Of a DNA stretch of 64,000 nt, positions 26,410-39,890 are shown in pieces. Location: the NCBI GenBank assembly GCA_964016885.1, contig OZ024746.1, positions 60,016,001 to 60,080,000 on the forward strand, in the 5' to 3' direction. Numbering within the stretch: position 1 is the stretch's first letter; every line of letters begins with the position of its first letter. Position numbers and translations under genes: made by a program. The stretch is from Eledone cirrhosa. Lineage: Eukaryota. Below the pieces are notes generated by a model, which saw nothing but the letters and a program-made list of their open reading frames with translations, did not search any database and was not told where the DNA came from.

Positions 26410-28255
26410 ATGAAATAACAGGAGGCTGGACTGGTGTAAATCCTTGAAAGGTTTATAATACTATGATCATTTCAATGACCGAGTTCCATATGAATCCGGT
26501 GATATCATCAGGTATTGGAATATAACAAAGGAATATGTAAAAGGCCATGGGTCCGAAAAACCATGGGTCCGAGAAACCAGAGACAAAGAGGGCGGCTGAC
26601 CAACTAGCTTCACAGCCAGCCGCCCTCAAAGTGTTGACAACCGAAAACTACCAGTGAATATCTGGTAAGGGGGCGCAGGCCTATCATGTACTACCACCAC
26701 TCCGTCAAAGAAGAAGGGGAAAAAAGAAAGAAAGAGAGAAAGAAATGTAGTGTAAGGGTCAAACTACATTCATGTTAGAAAATGCCGCGAAAAAAATGCT
26801 ACCCAAAGAATCTATAGTGGGTGTCTGTATGGTCTAATGTGTGAACCGAAGATTGGAACGCTAAACTTATGTTGCGAATTATAGGATGAAATAAATTAAA
26901 TTAAAAATATTATATTGCAAAATGGAAAATTGATAAATAGAGGTGGCGAGATTTATTTATTTAACGAACTTACGGAGAGAGTCTTATATGAAAAAAATTT
27001 TTTTTTTTATTTAACTCGATAAGATATTAGGATGGGATATAGAGTAAAGATTTCGATTGGGAGTCCCAGCCAGCGCACCCACCACCACGAGTCAGCCAGT
27101 CTCGAGTGGTATCGTCCAGCGAAAGAAATGGAAATTAATTTTTAGGAACGTAGCTAACTTTGGCCCCGGGATCGATAGCGGAAACCCCACAATTTCGACA
27201 GGCCATCGTCTATACCACGAATACTATTAAATCACACATTAGGGGTTTATTTATGTGTCAATAGAGACATGATACAGCTAATAGTTGTGCCCAAACCTGG
27301 AGTTTGTAGGTACAGGTATAATTAGGTGGCCAAAACAGGCGGCGCGGTGGGACTGGGGCAGAGCAAGCCACTCCGAGTAATTTCATTTACTGAAAGAGGA
27401 GAAATTTATTTTTCCGAGCACTCAAGGAAGGCTGAACTTTCCAAGTGCCCAGCGCGCTGCCAGGAAAAACCCACCACACAAGTCAAACAATGAAAAGTGC
27501 AAATAGATCAAAATTATTTTTAATTATTTTAAAGTCCCAGTTAGTCCGGGTTATAGGTAGTGTGGTTCTTAGGTGGATAGGGGGCTATGAAGGTGCATAA
27601 TGACCTGAGTAAGGAAAAGTTACAAAAAAAACCAATACATTGATAAAAATACATTAATAAAATAATAGAAAATAATAAAATAATAAAATATACATTAATG
27701 AGATAGTAAAAAAATTAATAAAGGTAAATAAGAGTCAATATAGATCAAGTTGTAGTAAGATAATATAAGTTGTACATATAGATACAGATATAGAGGATGG
27801 AGGAGATGGAATGGTAACAGATTGTACCTAGTATAAAGTTTGGGTTCCGAATTCAGTGCGAGTCACAAAAAGTCCTGAGGTATAGAGTAGAGAATACAGT
27901 CAATACAATACAAGTTTTAGTATAATACGTAGAGTTTTGTCGGAATTGGAATCATCGGTGGCGGTAGATAAGGCGCAGAGCAGCCAAAATCCGAATGGCA
28001 AGTAGATCAGTTAATCCCATGCAGGTAATAGCTGTACACTGAAGTCAGTGCCGCTGTTCAATATTACATTTTGAAGTGCTCAACATTATAGGAGCATTAT
28101 TTCTTAAGGTTTGTTGGTTCACCACTGGATAGAACTGGTCATTCTGTATGGTCAATCCTGGTGTAATATTGTGAAGAGTACTCAACGCAGTGCAGTTCAC
28201 CCATCTCCGTTTGTGTAGTTGGTCGTACGAATACAGAGTTAATTATAAATGAAAT
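26410..28255 (-). mobile_element. Degraded Penelope-like element (RT remnants) ending in a hammerhead
   Basis: (TA)n-flanked block. Frameshifted minus-strand remnants (LIYR..TDD; YL.LFVTRTEFGTQT.LYTR; LPFHLLHP) resemble the PLE RT motifs YRYxDD, FLDL..TxLYxK and YLxFxSxHP. Hammerhead at the 3' end. Confidence 0.55.
26457..26516 (-). ncRNA. Type I hammerhead ribozyme (PLE-associated)
   Basis: Minus strand reads AAUAC-CUGAUGA-[stem II containing accg/cggu]-GAAA-UGAUCA-UA^GUAUU: canonical core, 5-bp stem I, palindromic stem III. Confidence 0.8.
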
Positions 28256-28258
28256 ACC

Positions 28259-28324
<66 letters not shown>

Positions 28325-28355
28325 GCACATACATGTATATATATATGTATACACT

Positions 28356-28401
<46 letters not shown>

Positions 28402-28628
28402 GATATTAATAAATGGAAACTATATTTATAAAACCATATTTATTCTATTATATATATTTCAAGGGTACCCTTGAAATATATATAATAGAATAAATATGGT
28501 TTTATAAGTATAGTTTCCATTTATTAATATCATTGATATTATACTCCAGAAAACCTGTCAAGTACTTCGAATCTGTTATAAATATATTTGTTGAATTACC
28601 AACAAATTAAATATCCCTTTGCTTATAT

Positions 28629-29271
28629 ATCATCATCATCATCATCATTTTACGTCCGTTTTTCCCTGCTTGCAAGGGTGGGACGGTTCTTATTCAGCAC
28701 AGCATCTCTCCACTTGTCACAGTCCTTTGTCACCTCCACCGTGAGCTTCAGCGATCTGAGGTTTGTTCTCACCACCTCTGCCCATGTTTTTCGTGGTCTA
28801 CCTCTACCACGTCTTCCTTCAACTGGCATTTCCTGGCACTTCTTCACCCATCGGTCATCCTCCATGCGCATCACATGTCCATACCACCTCGGTCTCCTCT
28901 CCTGCACACTACATTCTATCCCTCTCAGACACAGTTTCTCTCTCAACACATTTATGCTGGGTCATTCACGCACATTGACATTGCAAATCCAACGGAGCAT
29001 GCTTGCCGTCGCATATCCTCTGCACTTGCTGCCCATGTCTCACTACCATGCAGCATCGCGCTCCTCACACAGGCATCATATAACCGGCCTTTCATACGCA
29101 AGGAGAAACCCTTCTTTGTCAGCAGAGGAAGCAGCTCCCTAAACTTCTTCCAACCCGTCCTTATTCTAGATACTATGGCCTCGGAACACCCCCCCTTCCC
29201 ATGCTATCCACCACTTCTATAGCACCCGCCTGCATTTGAAAAATGTGTCTATCAATGCGACTTCTACTGTC
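28629..29271 (-). mobile_element. RTE family B 3' fragment
   Basis: ORF 28650..28949 ([29 protein letters not shown]); ATC tail; TA flanks. Confidence 0.9.
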
Positions 29272-29296
29272 TATATATATATATATATATATATAT

Positions 29297-29957
29297 GTTC
29301 TTCTGGTTTTATAATTTCCCAATTTTTTTCCCAATAGAGAGAGGGTCGGTTTCTAACATAGACACAAGACTCTCTCATTGGAATTTACACAACATCAACT
29401 AGGTAGATTATGTATGCATGCATGTGTAGATATGGATGTTATTGTATGTGTGGATGTGGATGTTTTGAGTTGTATGTGTGCATGTGTATATGCTTTGTAT
29501 CTGTACATGTGTATATGCAGTTATAAGATGCAACATTTTTGGAATGTTTTACATATTTTTACTGTTCCATTAATGGATTGTACTTGTAATTTCCTAACTA
29601 GTTGTGTTCTTTCTGTTCCTGTGAAGCCTAGCTTCTCAAGATTTGTATTGAGGCAGTTACTAACATACCCCAGTGCCCCAATAATCACAAGCGTAAATCT
29701 GAAGGTGTAATCAGGGTGGAGTATCTGCAGATTTCTCATCAGTTCTGCATAAATATTCTCCTTTTCGCTAATCTTTGATATTATATTGGCATCTGCTGGG
29801 CAGCTAATTTCCACTACTGTGCATGTTTTCTTCTCCCTGTCCCATATCATAATATCTGGTCTGTTATGCCTACATTTTATTGGGGTTTTTACTGGAACGT
29901 TTCACCAGTACTCTTTCATATTATGTACGTGGATGTCTTCCACATTGCTGTAGCTTT
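29297..29957 (-). mobile_element. R4/Dong-like non-LTR retrotransposon 3' fragment (RLE domain)
   Basis: (RPDI)MIWDREKKTCTVVEISCPADANIISKISEKENIYAEL..VIIGALGYV, flanked by microsatellites. Confidence 0.75.
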
Positions 29958-30213
29958 TAATGTATGCATGTATGTATATGTATGTATACATATGTATGTA
30001 TGTATATGTATGTATGTATATGTATGTATGTATACATATGTATGAATACATATGTATGTATATATACATATGTATGTATGTATACATATGTATGTATGTA
30101 TACATATGTATGAATGTATGTATACATATATATGTATACACATACATATATGTATATGCATTTATATGTATACACATATATACATATAAATGCATATACA
30201 TACACATACACAC

Positions 30214-31380
30214 GAGCAATGTTGCATGGCAGTGAGACCTGGGCATTGTGTGCAGAGGATATACGCAGACTAGAGAGGAACAAAGCTTGCATGCTCCGCT
30301 GGATGTGTAATAGTAATATACGTGAACGGCAAAGCATAAACGAACTAAGGAAAAAATTAGAAATAAGAGGGATCAGATGTTGTTTACTCGAGCGAAGGCT
30401 ACGTTGGTATGGTCACGTGATGCGCATGAAAGACGACAGCTGTATAACAAAGTGCAGGGCAATAAAGATAGACGGTAGCCACGGAGTAGGCAGACCCAGA
30501 AAAACCTGGGACGAGCTGATAAATTCCGACCTCACACACTTACACCTCTCCAAGACAATGTCACTGGACCGAGACCTTTGGTGGTACTCAGTAATAGAGA
30601 AGACCCGCCTTACATAAATACAAAGTAAAACCTACTACAGTCAGTAGGCATCATCATCATCATCATCACCGTTTTACGTCCGTTCTTCCACGCTAGCATG
30701 GGTTAGACGGGTTGTCCTGTTGTGGGCAGTGTCTGGTCGGCTGACCATGCCTTGCTCATACAAGAACTGATCTGGCTTGATTTATACAGTTGGATGCCCT
30801 TCCTAACACTAACCTCATTTACAGTGAGTGCTGGGTGCTTTTTCGTGGCGCCTACACGTCCACTTTACAGTGTGGGCTGGGTGCTTTTTTGCTGTGGCAC
30901 CTCCACGACCACCTTGCGATGGGGGAGGTGGGGGCATATTGTTTATATGCTTCAGCATGTACCCATGGGAGGTCGGCTACCCTGTATTACTGCGTGACGC
31001 CAGAAGTCACGGTCGTGTGTCATCTCTAACAAAATACACCCCCGTCCCACCTCCCCCACCCCATCCACACCGCCCCTTTCAATGTAAAGTTATGTTGGTG
31101 CCACAACATCCAGGCCGAAACAAATGAGATCGTGTAGGTGTCACGACAAAAAAAAAACATACAGTCCACGCTGTAATGTGGCCGTGTAGGCAACACGGTA
31201 AAAACCTCCCAGCCCCACACTGTAAATGTGGTTGGTGTTAGGAAGGGCATCCAGCTGTAGAAAACCCGCCAGGCAGTCCTATGCGAGCAATGACAACCAC
31301 TCTTGCCTCAAGTGGGAAAACTCCCATCCAAACCCATGCAAGCGTGGAACATGGACGTTAAACGATGATGATGATGATGA
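30214..31380 (+). mobile_element. RTE family A 3' fragment with a nested antisense RTE 3' end (about 30649-31020)
   Basis: AMLHGSETW..EKTRLT. The 3' UTR is interrupted at 'ggCATC' by an inverted element whose minus strand encodes MTHDRDFWRHAVIQG and carries an RTE tail. Confidence 0.9.
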
Positions 31381-31676
31381 TATGTATCTTGATCGCTCAT
31401 GAAATGCACCCAGCTTATGCTGACCGGATAACCATGTTGCTTGTTTATTCCCATCTTTGCGTTGCTTTCATCCTTCTATGTTGTTTACTTGTCTCACTCG
31501 CTTTACGCGATTTACTTGTCCCAATAGCTTTTTTTAGTTATTGCTTCCACCAACCTGAGGTATATGATTTTTAATGCGATGAAATATCAATAATGGTTGG
31601 CAAATCACTGATGAAGGACTATTTTTATCATATGTAACCCATGTGCAACCACGCAGTATTCTTCTTTCTTCTCATG

Positions 31677-31714
<38 letters not shown>

Positions 31715-31858
31715 TCACATATCCTCATCATATACACACAAACACTATATATATATACACATACACACACACATAATGGTATCCATATATTTTACACATG
31801 AACACCTACCCATAGATATCCATACACATACAATCCTAATTGCCAGACACACATACTG

Positions 31859-31969
<111 letters not shown>

Positions 31970-34900
31970 TATGCATAGACACACACAGAAACCCATATAC
32001 CTACACACAAACATGCCTCCTCTCTTTCTCTGTCTGTCTTTCTTAGTGTGTGTGTCTCTCTCTCTCTCTCTCTCTAGCTCACACCATTACTGTACAGTCG
32101 TCCCCCAAGGACCTGAGATGATGATAAGATATCAGAATAAATAACAGCCTCACAAATAGACATTACTATATTCATCTTCTCATCAAAAATAGCAACCTCC
32201 AGTTTGTTGTATTTGAAAGTCATTCAAGATATTTCAGTTGTCTGCTGCTATCTGCTGTCTTAGTCCGCCATTTTGTAGTTTGTTCAAATCAGGAGGACTG
32301 TGAGTGGATTTGAGGATTTACTTCTGCAATGGCTTTCTGTTTACTGGCTTTGTTTTAACCCCTTTCATACCAAGCCACCTTATCTTATATTTTCTATATT
32401 TATCTAAAACCCTTTCATCATAATTTTATGTTAGAACCTTTCTTAAATCATGTTTCAAACACCAGCTTTACTCTTTTTATACCAAACCACCTTATTTTAA
32501 AGTATCTATATTTATCTAAAGACATTTTATCATATTTTTATGTAAGAACCTTTCTTAACCTTTACATGACTCTTTATATAGTATTGTATTTTTGTTGTAA
32601 AGGCTTTACTTCATATAATTATCTCAACTAATATTGAATCTGAGATTTTAATGTTATTTATTTTGAGAACAATACCTTAACATCGGTATGAGCAGCCAGT
32701 TATGGCTGGTTTGAACAGAAAGTGGTGAGATAATTCTGGCTGGATACGGCCAGTTTAAATGCTAAAGTGTGAAATTATGTTCCAAACCCCAGTTTTACTA
32801 TTTTAATACCAAATTACCCCCCATCATAATTTTATGCAAGAACCTTTATGTTCCAAACACCAATTTAATAACGAGAAAATTAGTTATATTATTAAATCTC
32901 TCCACATTATTGATTATTTTGAAAATGATTTGAAAATCATAGGCTCTGTTTTTCATTCGAAATATGATAAAACCATTTGAGGCCTATCATTATCTAGTGA
33001 AATTTTGGCCATTTTCATCCAACTCAGAAAATGTTAAATATCTTGAGAATTATTCACTTTGTTGCACCCAAACCTATTCAATTATATCAGCTATCTTTTC
33101 TACATTTGTTAAAATACATAATTTTGAGCTTGTTTAATATGAAAAGTCACCATTTTCACTACTACAGACACATTACTAAAACAAACATTTTAAAACCATT
33201 TTCTCTACTAAAGCATGGGTTAGGTTACAGGACAGGCTTCACATTCCTCATGGGTCAATGATTTTCGAGTCAATAATTTACAGCCAGATGCCCATCTTTG
33301 TGCCAGCCCGTTTAATCTCCTTTTATAGCACACAAGAATACAATGTACCTATTCTAAACCTAATACACACAATACAGTTACCTCTTTCATTACCATATTT
33401 CTAATAAAATATAGTTTCCAATAACTTTGAATATAGTCAAGAACTTAGGGGGAATTTAATAATATAAAACCTTCTCATTATTAATCTGGTGTTCAGAAAT
33501 AGCCTAATAAATGGTTCTGACATCAAATTATGATGGAATTTTTTTTTAGATAAATATAAACTCTTTAAAATAAATAGTTTGGTATTTCAGAACCAGGAGC
33601 AGGTTTGGGTGGTTTGGTATCAAAAGAGTTGAGAAAATTCAGTGATAAACACAGTGTTAAAATTTGAGAAGCACTAATGTAAAAAGTAGGAAGAGAAAAT
33701 GTAAACTTAAATGACAAAGACAAAGCCACCAACATTACCAATTTATGATTTGCTAGCACTGCAAGCTAAAACTAACTGTGTGTTAGACATGAGTCAATTC
33801 CATGTGATAAAAGAAATGCAGAAGAGATATGTCACAGATGAGTGACTCCTTGTCAAAGAAATTTAGTCAAGAAGGGGTAAGGAAAAAAAGGGATATATTT
33901 TAGGCTCAGTACTACCATTAAACAGCTGCCTATCGTGCAGACATCAAAATTTGTATAAAGCTGTGATCCTTAAAGAATCAAAATTTTATATAAAGTTGTT
34001 TAAATTACATGTATAATAACTTCTTGTGATCAATAAATACCTTCATATAACATAGATAAAAGGTCAGGAACCTGCAGCTCAGTTTATCTCAAGTAGCTCT
34101 TAGGTGCTTTGAAATTTTTTTTTATTTTTCAATTTTATTAACCATTTTGGTACGAACCCAGCTAGAAAGTAACTTTGGATCTATGAAACGAAATCCCCCA
34201 CTTTAAAGGGTTCCTATTTAAATTTAAATCTACAAACGTAATTTAATATAAGATCCATGCTAAGTTGCCATCTTAGTAATGAAATAGTTAATAATTTTAG
34301 TAAATTCTTCAAAGTTTTCCATTAATTAATTGAAATAATAATTAATAGAAATATGGTAATAAAAGGGTTAATCTGCAATCTTATATTAAAATATAAGCCA
34401 TGACTTATGACTTATGCCAACATGAAAATATGAATGTGTAGATAATAATAATAAAGATGATGATAGCACAGGGTGATAAACAGGTAAACTGAGAATAAAG
34501 ACAGAAAAAGATTGAGAGGAAGAAAAAGAGTGAGGCAAGAGAGAGAGAGAGAGAGAGAGAGAGGAAGGAGGGAGAAAAGGGTTTACAGACTCACAAGAGG
34601 TAAAGGAAAGTGTAACTAAGAGGAGTAGTAAGAGAAGATGAAATGAATATATGATGGAAGAGAGGAAGGGGAAGATTAAAGAGAAAGAGAGAGAAGCCAG
34701 AAAAATATTCCAGGAAGAAACTATTACCCTCCCTGCACCTCACTTACATAAACAACTTGCATATAACACCCTGCTCCCACACCTCACGTAAACAACACCC
34801 ACATAAAACGCTGCCACCTACAACTCACATAACCAGGCCTAACCTTCCAGATTCCAAGAATCCAAAAACTGGTGATGAAATTCCGAAAATCCCAGTCAGC

Positions 34901-35504
34901 TACCACCACAACCACTACAACAACCACCACCACACATACATGCCATTATCAGCAGCAACCAACAACAACAATTGTAACCAGTTGTCATCACAAGCACCAC
35001 CACTACCACCATCATTACTGCAAACTGCCATCACCATTACCACAACCATTTCCATGTAATACCAACACCATCACCTCAACTATCTCTACACACACCACCA
35101 CCAGCAATAGTAACTACCACTCCACTCACCCTATAACCACCACAACCACCATCCAGTACCAAGATAAGACATTCCAAGAGTTTTATCTCCTCAGCAACAG
35201 AATGATTGCAAGGTTTCTCCATAAACATCTCATTGGTGGTAGCAGCAGTGGTGGTGGTATTCAGGGTGGTGAAGTTTGTGGTAAGGGTGGTGGTGGTTTG
35301 TATTAAAAGTAGTAGTGGGGATGTTAATATTAGTGGTAGTGATTGTGAAGATGGCAGTTGTTTGGTGGTGGTGGTGGCAGTATTTATAGTGGTATTGTTT
35401 TTTGTATTGTTTAGTCAGAGAAGGAAGAGCAGTACCCATAACCCTTTTCAGAGTCTCTGAGTCCTGGCTCAAATGTTTGCAACAGAGTTGACTCCATTAA
35501 AAAC

Positions 35505-35990
35505 ACCCAAAGGTCAGGTGGTGGTGTTAAACCGAGTGACAGATTAAATCTACCATGGAAGTAGTCCCCAATAAGCTCAGCTTGCCATAACCAACCCATC
35601 ACACCCTATTTCCTTTCTAAAGGTACCCAATGACCAGGTGATGGTGTTAGACCAGACTGATCAAGTCTACCACCCCAGTAGATCACAATAAGCTCAGCTT
35701 GTTTTAACTATCACACTTCATTTCCTTTCTAAAGGTACCCAACAACAAGATGATGGTATTAGACCAATCAGGGTAAGTCTACTACACTAGCAACTCAGCT
35801 TGTTATAACTATCACACCACATTTCCTTTCTAAAGGCACCCAATGACCAAGTGATGTGTTAGACAGATTAAGTCTACTACCCTAGCAGACCATAATAAGC
35901 TCAGCTTGCTATAACTGTTTCACTCCATTTCCTTTCTAAAGGTAGCCAAGGACTAAGAGGTGGTGTTAAATCAGACAAAGGATTAAGGAC
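35505..35990. repeat. About 100-115 bp tandem repeat, about 4 units
   Basis: Recurring 'TTTCCTTTCTAAAGG(T)ACCCAA..GATGGTGTTAGAC..AAGTCTAC..CTCAGCTTG'. Confidence 0.85.
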
Positions 35991-36019
35991 ACCATCAAAG
36001 TAGGCCACACACCCCAAAA

Positions 36020-36450
36020 TCAGAAAACAATACAGCTCCCATGACTTTCAGAAACATTTTTTTATGCTCAGAGTTGCTGAAGCATGGAACAAACTAGCAG
36101 CATCAGTTGTTAGCTGTCAGGACACTGTATCCTTTAAAACTTCCATGCTTCCTGAAATTCGCCAACACTACACCTGATATTCCCCCTCCATACACACACA
36201 TACATGTGTGTGTGTGTGTCTGTTCACTTTCCTGACATTTGTACATTATTCTGTCTGAGTTCAAATCCCGCTGAGGTTAACTTTGCCTTTCATCCTTACG
36301 GGGTCGATAAAATAAAGTACCAGTAATGTACTGGGTAATTGCTGGCCTTGTGCCAAAAGTAGAAACAATTATTCTATGTACTACACATGCACCTTTGTTG
36401 AGTGGTTGTGCACCTGAACACTGTACACAATAATTTTAATTATTATTATT
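36020..36450 (+). mobile_element. CR1-like LINE 3' end with a nested SINE fragment; related pieces at 44345-44600 and about 38965-39047
   Basis: The 44345 copy reads HDFRKHFFTLRVAEAWNKLPASVVSCRDTASFK, a CR1/L2-type C-terminus; (ATT)n tail. Confidence 0.75.
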
Positions 36451-37663
36451 ATAAGTACAACGGTGGATTGGCAGTATCGGTAGAGGGTCGGACGCCATGC
36501 TTTCCAGCATAGTTACGTCCCTTTACGATCTGAGTTCAAATCCCGCCGAGGTTGACTTTGCCTTTCATCCTTACGGGGTCGATAAAATAAAGTACCAGTA
36601 ATGCACTGGGATAATTGATGGCCTTGTGCCTAAAGTAGAAACAATTATTATAAGTACAACTCATTTTTTTCTATCTGAGTGGACTGGAGCACTGGGAAAT
36701 AATGTGTCTTACTCAAGGACACAATGTGCTGCTTGGAATCAAACTCATGACTGTTTTTTAGCTGAACATCATAACCACTAGATTATGTACCTCTCTCTGC
36801 TTTTGCTTCTCTACTTCTCTATCTCTCTCAAACTCTCTTTCTCTAATCTCTTCACTTCTCTTCTTACCTCTCACTTTTACCCTCCCTCTCTATTATTTTT
36901 GCAAATCGATCCACCCGCTACTCTTGTCCTTTCTCTCTTTCCATCATTAACTCCTCTCTCTTTCTCTTTATTTTCTTCACACACTCTTTCTCTTTCTTTC
37001 ATTCTCCTTTCTCATATTCATCCTTCCTTTCCTTTGCCATTCTCCTCCTCCTCCTCCTACTCTCTCATACTTACTCCCCACCACAGCACAACACACCACC
37101 TCTCCACTACCCCATCCATCCACCTATCTTTATTATATCCTGATGAAATCCAGAAACATAATTAATTTAATCAACAACAAAACTACAGACACACAGACAG
37201 AGAAATATTAAAAAAAAAAAAAAATTAAATAAATCGGTCTTAAAAAATACCTCAATAAATGAAATAAACAAAAAAAAAAATGAAATAATCTTTTCAGATC
37301 AATAAAAAAAAAAAAGAAAGAGATTTTTTTTAAATTATAAAATGTAATTATCGATAGATTCTATTTGTTGGAAGATAAAAAAAATGGAGAAAATTAAATA
37401 AAAATAAGAGGAGGCAGAGGCAGGGAATGAGTATGGAGAGGAGTAGAGGACAAAATGAAAAAGAGATAGATAAGGAAAGAGGAGGAGGGATAAATCTATA
37501 ATAATAATAATCTATTTTTTATTGCGCAAAATGATAATTCTGTTGCTGAGGGACACACACACACACACACATAGATACACATACACAAAAAGTGTGAAAG
37601 TTTGTCTTTTCAATGACTTTTTCACAAAATTTGGCTCAGAGATCCAGATTTATCCTAGATATT

Positions 37664-37722
<59 letters not shown>

Positions 37723-38402
37723 CACACACATATATATAGTTCAAGGAGACAACAAACAGAGGTACAAAAAGTCTTATTAGTTTCACGCTTTATATTGGTA
37801 AGAAGAAAGAAAATTCGACATGTTGGGCTTAAGCCCTTCTTCAGGAGTACAAATAAAGACAGGATCACAATGGAGGAACAGAACGAAGGACCAGAAAAGA
37901 AACAAAAAAAAACGAAAATAGGAAAGCTGTTAGGTAGTCTTGGTAATGAGTAGAAATGCAAAGTGGAGTGTGCGTGCATATATGTATATAAGAAAAGTCA
38001 ACAAGGAAAACCAACAAAGAAGAACCAATTATGGTATATTAGTTTAACACTTGATATAGTTGGTAAAAAGTCTTAATATTTTGAACATTAGTCTTTCATT
38101 GGATATAGAATGAGAGGATATTAGGGAAAGAGATGACAAAAAAAGAAGATAAACAAGTGTAAAATAGAAAATGGGGAAAACGGTAGATAGGGTAGAAAGC
38201 ATATATTGTTTGTCCACCATCTTGAAAAGGAGTCATATATCGTCATCATCATCATCACCGATTAATGTCCATTTTTCCACTCTAGCATGGGTTAGATGAG
38301 TTGCCTCTTTGTGAGACAAGCCAGGTCTATTGACCATGTCTTGTTCATACAGAACTGGTTTGGGCTTGGTTTCTACGGCTAGATGCCCTTCCTAACACCA
38401 AC

Positions 38403-38750
38403 CACATTTACAGTGTGTGCTGGGCATTTTTTGTCGTGTCACCTACTGGACCAATTTACAGTGTGGGCTGGGCATTTTTTGTCATGCCACTTACTGGACC
38501 AATTTACAGTGTGGGCCAGGCATTTTTTGTCGTGTCACCTATACGACCACTTTACAGTGTGGGCCAGGCGTTTTTTGTCGTGTCACCTACACAACCACTT
38601 TACAGTGTGTGCTGGATCCTTTTTGTCGTGTCACCTATACAACCACTTTACAGTGTGAACCAGGCGTTTTTTGTCATGTCAACTATACGACCACTTTACA
38701 GTGTGGGCTGGGCGCTCTTTGTTGTGTTGCCATCACAACCACTTTACACA
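38403..38750. repeat. 48-bp minisatellite (about 7 units) expanded from an RTE/SINE 3'-UTR segment
   Basis: Unit about CCACTTTACAGTGTGGGCTGGGCATTTTTTGTCGTGTCACCTATACGA; 16-aa periodicity is visible in the ORF track. Confidence 0.9.
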
Positions 38751-39129
38751 ATATTATGTAAGGTTACAAGCTGATTTTATGTTAGGAGCAGATTATTTTA
38801 TTGAAAATAATATGCCTATGGCTGCTTGGTATCACCTTCAAACCTTAATATTTATAAATTGGTGTTAAGTAAATTGCAAGAATAACAAGAATATGTCAAG
38901 GAAAATGGAACAAAAGAGAGAAAGAGAGGAAAAGTATAATAGAGAGGAAATTGTGAAAAGAGAGATATTCTATGTACTATACATGCACCTTTGACGAGTT
39001 GTAGTGCACCTGAGCACTTTACACAATAATTTCATTATTATTATTATATGGGAGAGAGTGAAAGATAAAGAAAAGGAAAAAGAGAGTGAGGGGCAGATTG
39101 GTAATAGAAGTAAAAGTAAGTTGACTTAC

Positions 39130-39282
39130 CAAACTTCACGTTTTATGTTTGTCCCAGTGTCTGTAAGGGTGGCTGTGACTGTGGCACTTCTCTGTCTCTC
39201 ACTTATGTCCACGGTGATTTGCCAAGGACTGTCGGCAAGGTTGTTGGCTCCCAGTATTCGTAATCCATTCCTTGTACGAGCT
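39130..39282 (-). CDS. TMEM132: TMEM132 exon absent from the ORF track: (R)ARTRNGLRILGANNLADSPWQITVDISERQRSATVTATLTDTGTNIKREV(W)
   Basis: Acceptor attgccag|, donor TG|gtaagt, 153 bp, open frame. Phase 2-2 joins FVIR to WPQEIFKW exactly. Resembles the family 'LRAKVKKG..W' segment. Confidence 0.88.
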
Positions 39283-39890
39283 CTGGCAATGGCAACATCA
39301 TTTAAACATTAACACATAATTATCACTATTGACATCAACATTAACATAAGCATCACTGCCAACATTACCAACATGACTGTCAACATAACATTACCAACAT
39401 TACCATAAACAGCAACATCACTATCAACATCACCATCAATATCAACATTAACCAACATTATCATAAACATTACCATCACAACACCACCACCATTTCCATC
39501 ACACTACCAGCACCATCACTACCATACCTATCACACAATCACTACCATCCCACCATTACCATCACCATCACATTAACACAGCCTCACCATCACCACTACC
39601 AGCAAGAGAATCAGAAGATGTATAATCACAGCAGATTCATCAGGCTTCAACTGACAACACTTACGCCCACTACAAATTATTCTCCACCCACCAGCAGAGC
39701 AAGAGATGATGTGAGGGTGTACATACATACCAAATGTGTCTGTATATATATATATATAAAGGACCGGCTATATTGAAAGGTTACACAAGCTGTTCTGTAT
39801 TCTGTAAGCCATGATAGAATAGAATCTGATATCTAGTAAGCCATGATAGAATAGAATGTTCAATGATAGAGATAATAAACATATATATAT

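Noticed and set aside
31605-31665. CTGATGA hammerhead-like start (also at about 60660 and about 37140)
   Set aside because: No properly placed stem II, GAAA and NUH; cannot be folded.
38403-38750. CRISPR-like appearance of regular repeats (also 35505-35990)
   Set aside because: These are contiguous tandem units without unique spacers, with no cas genes, in a eukaryotic intron.
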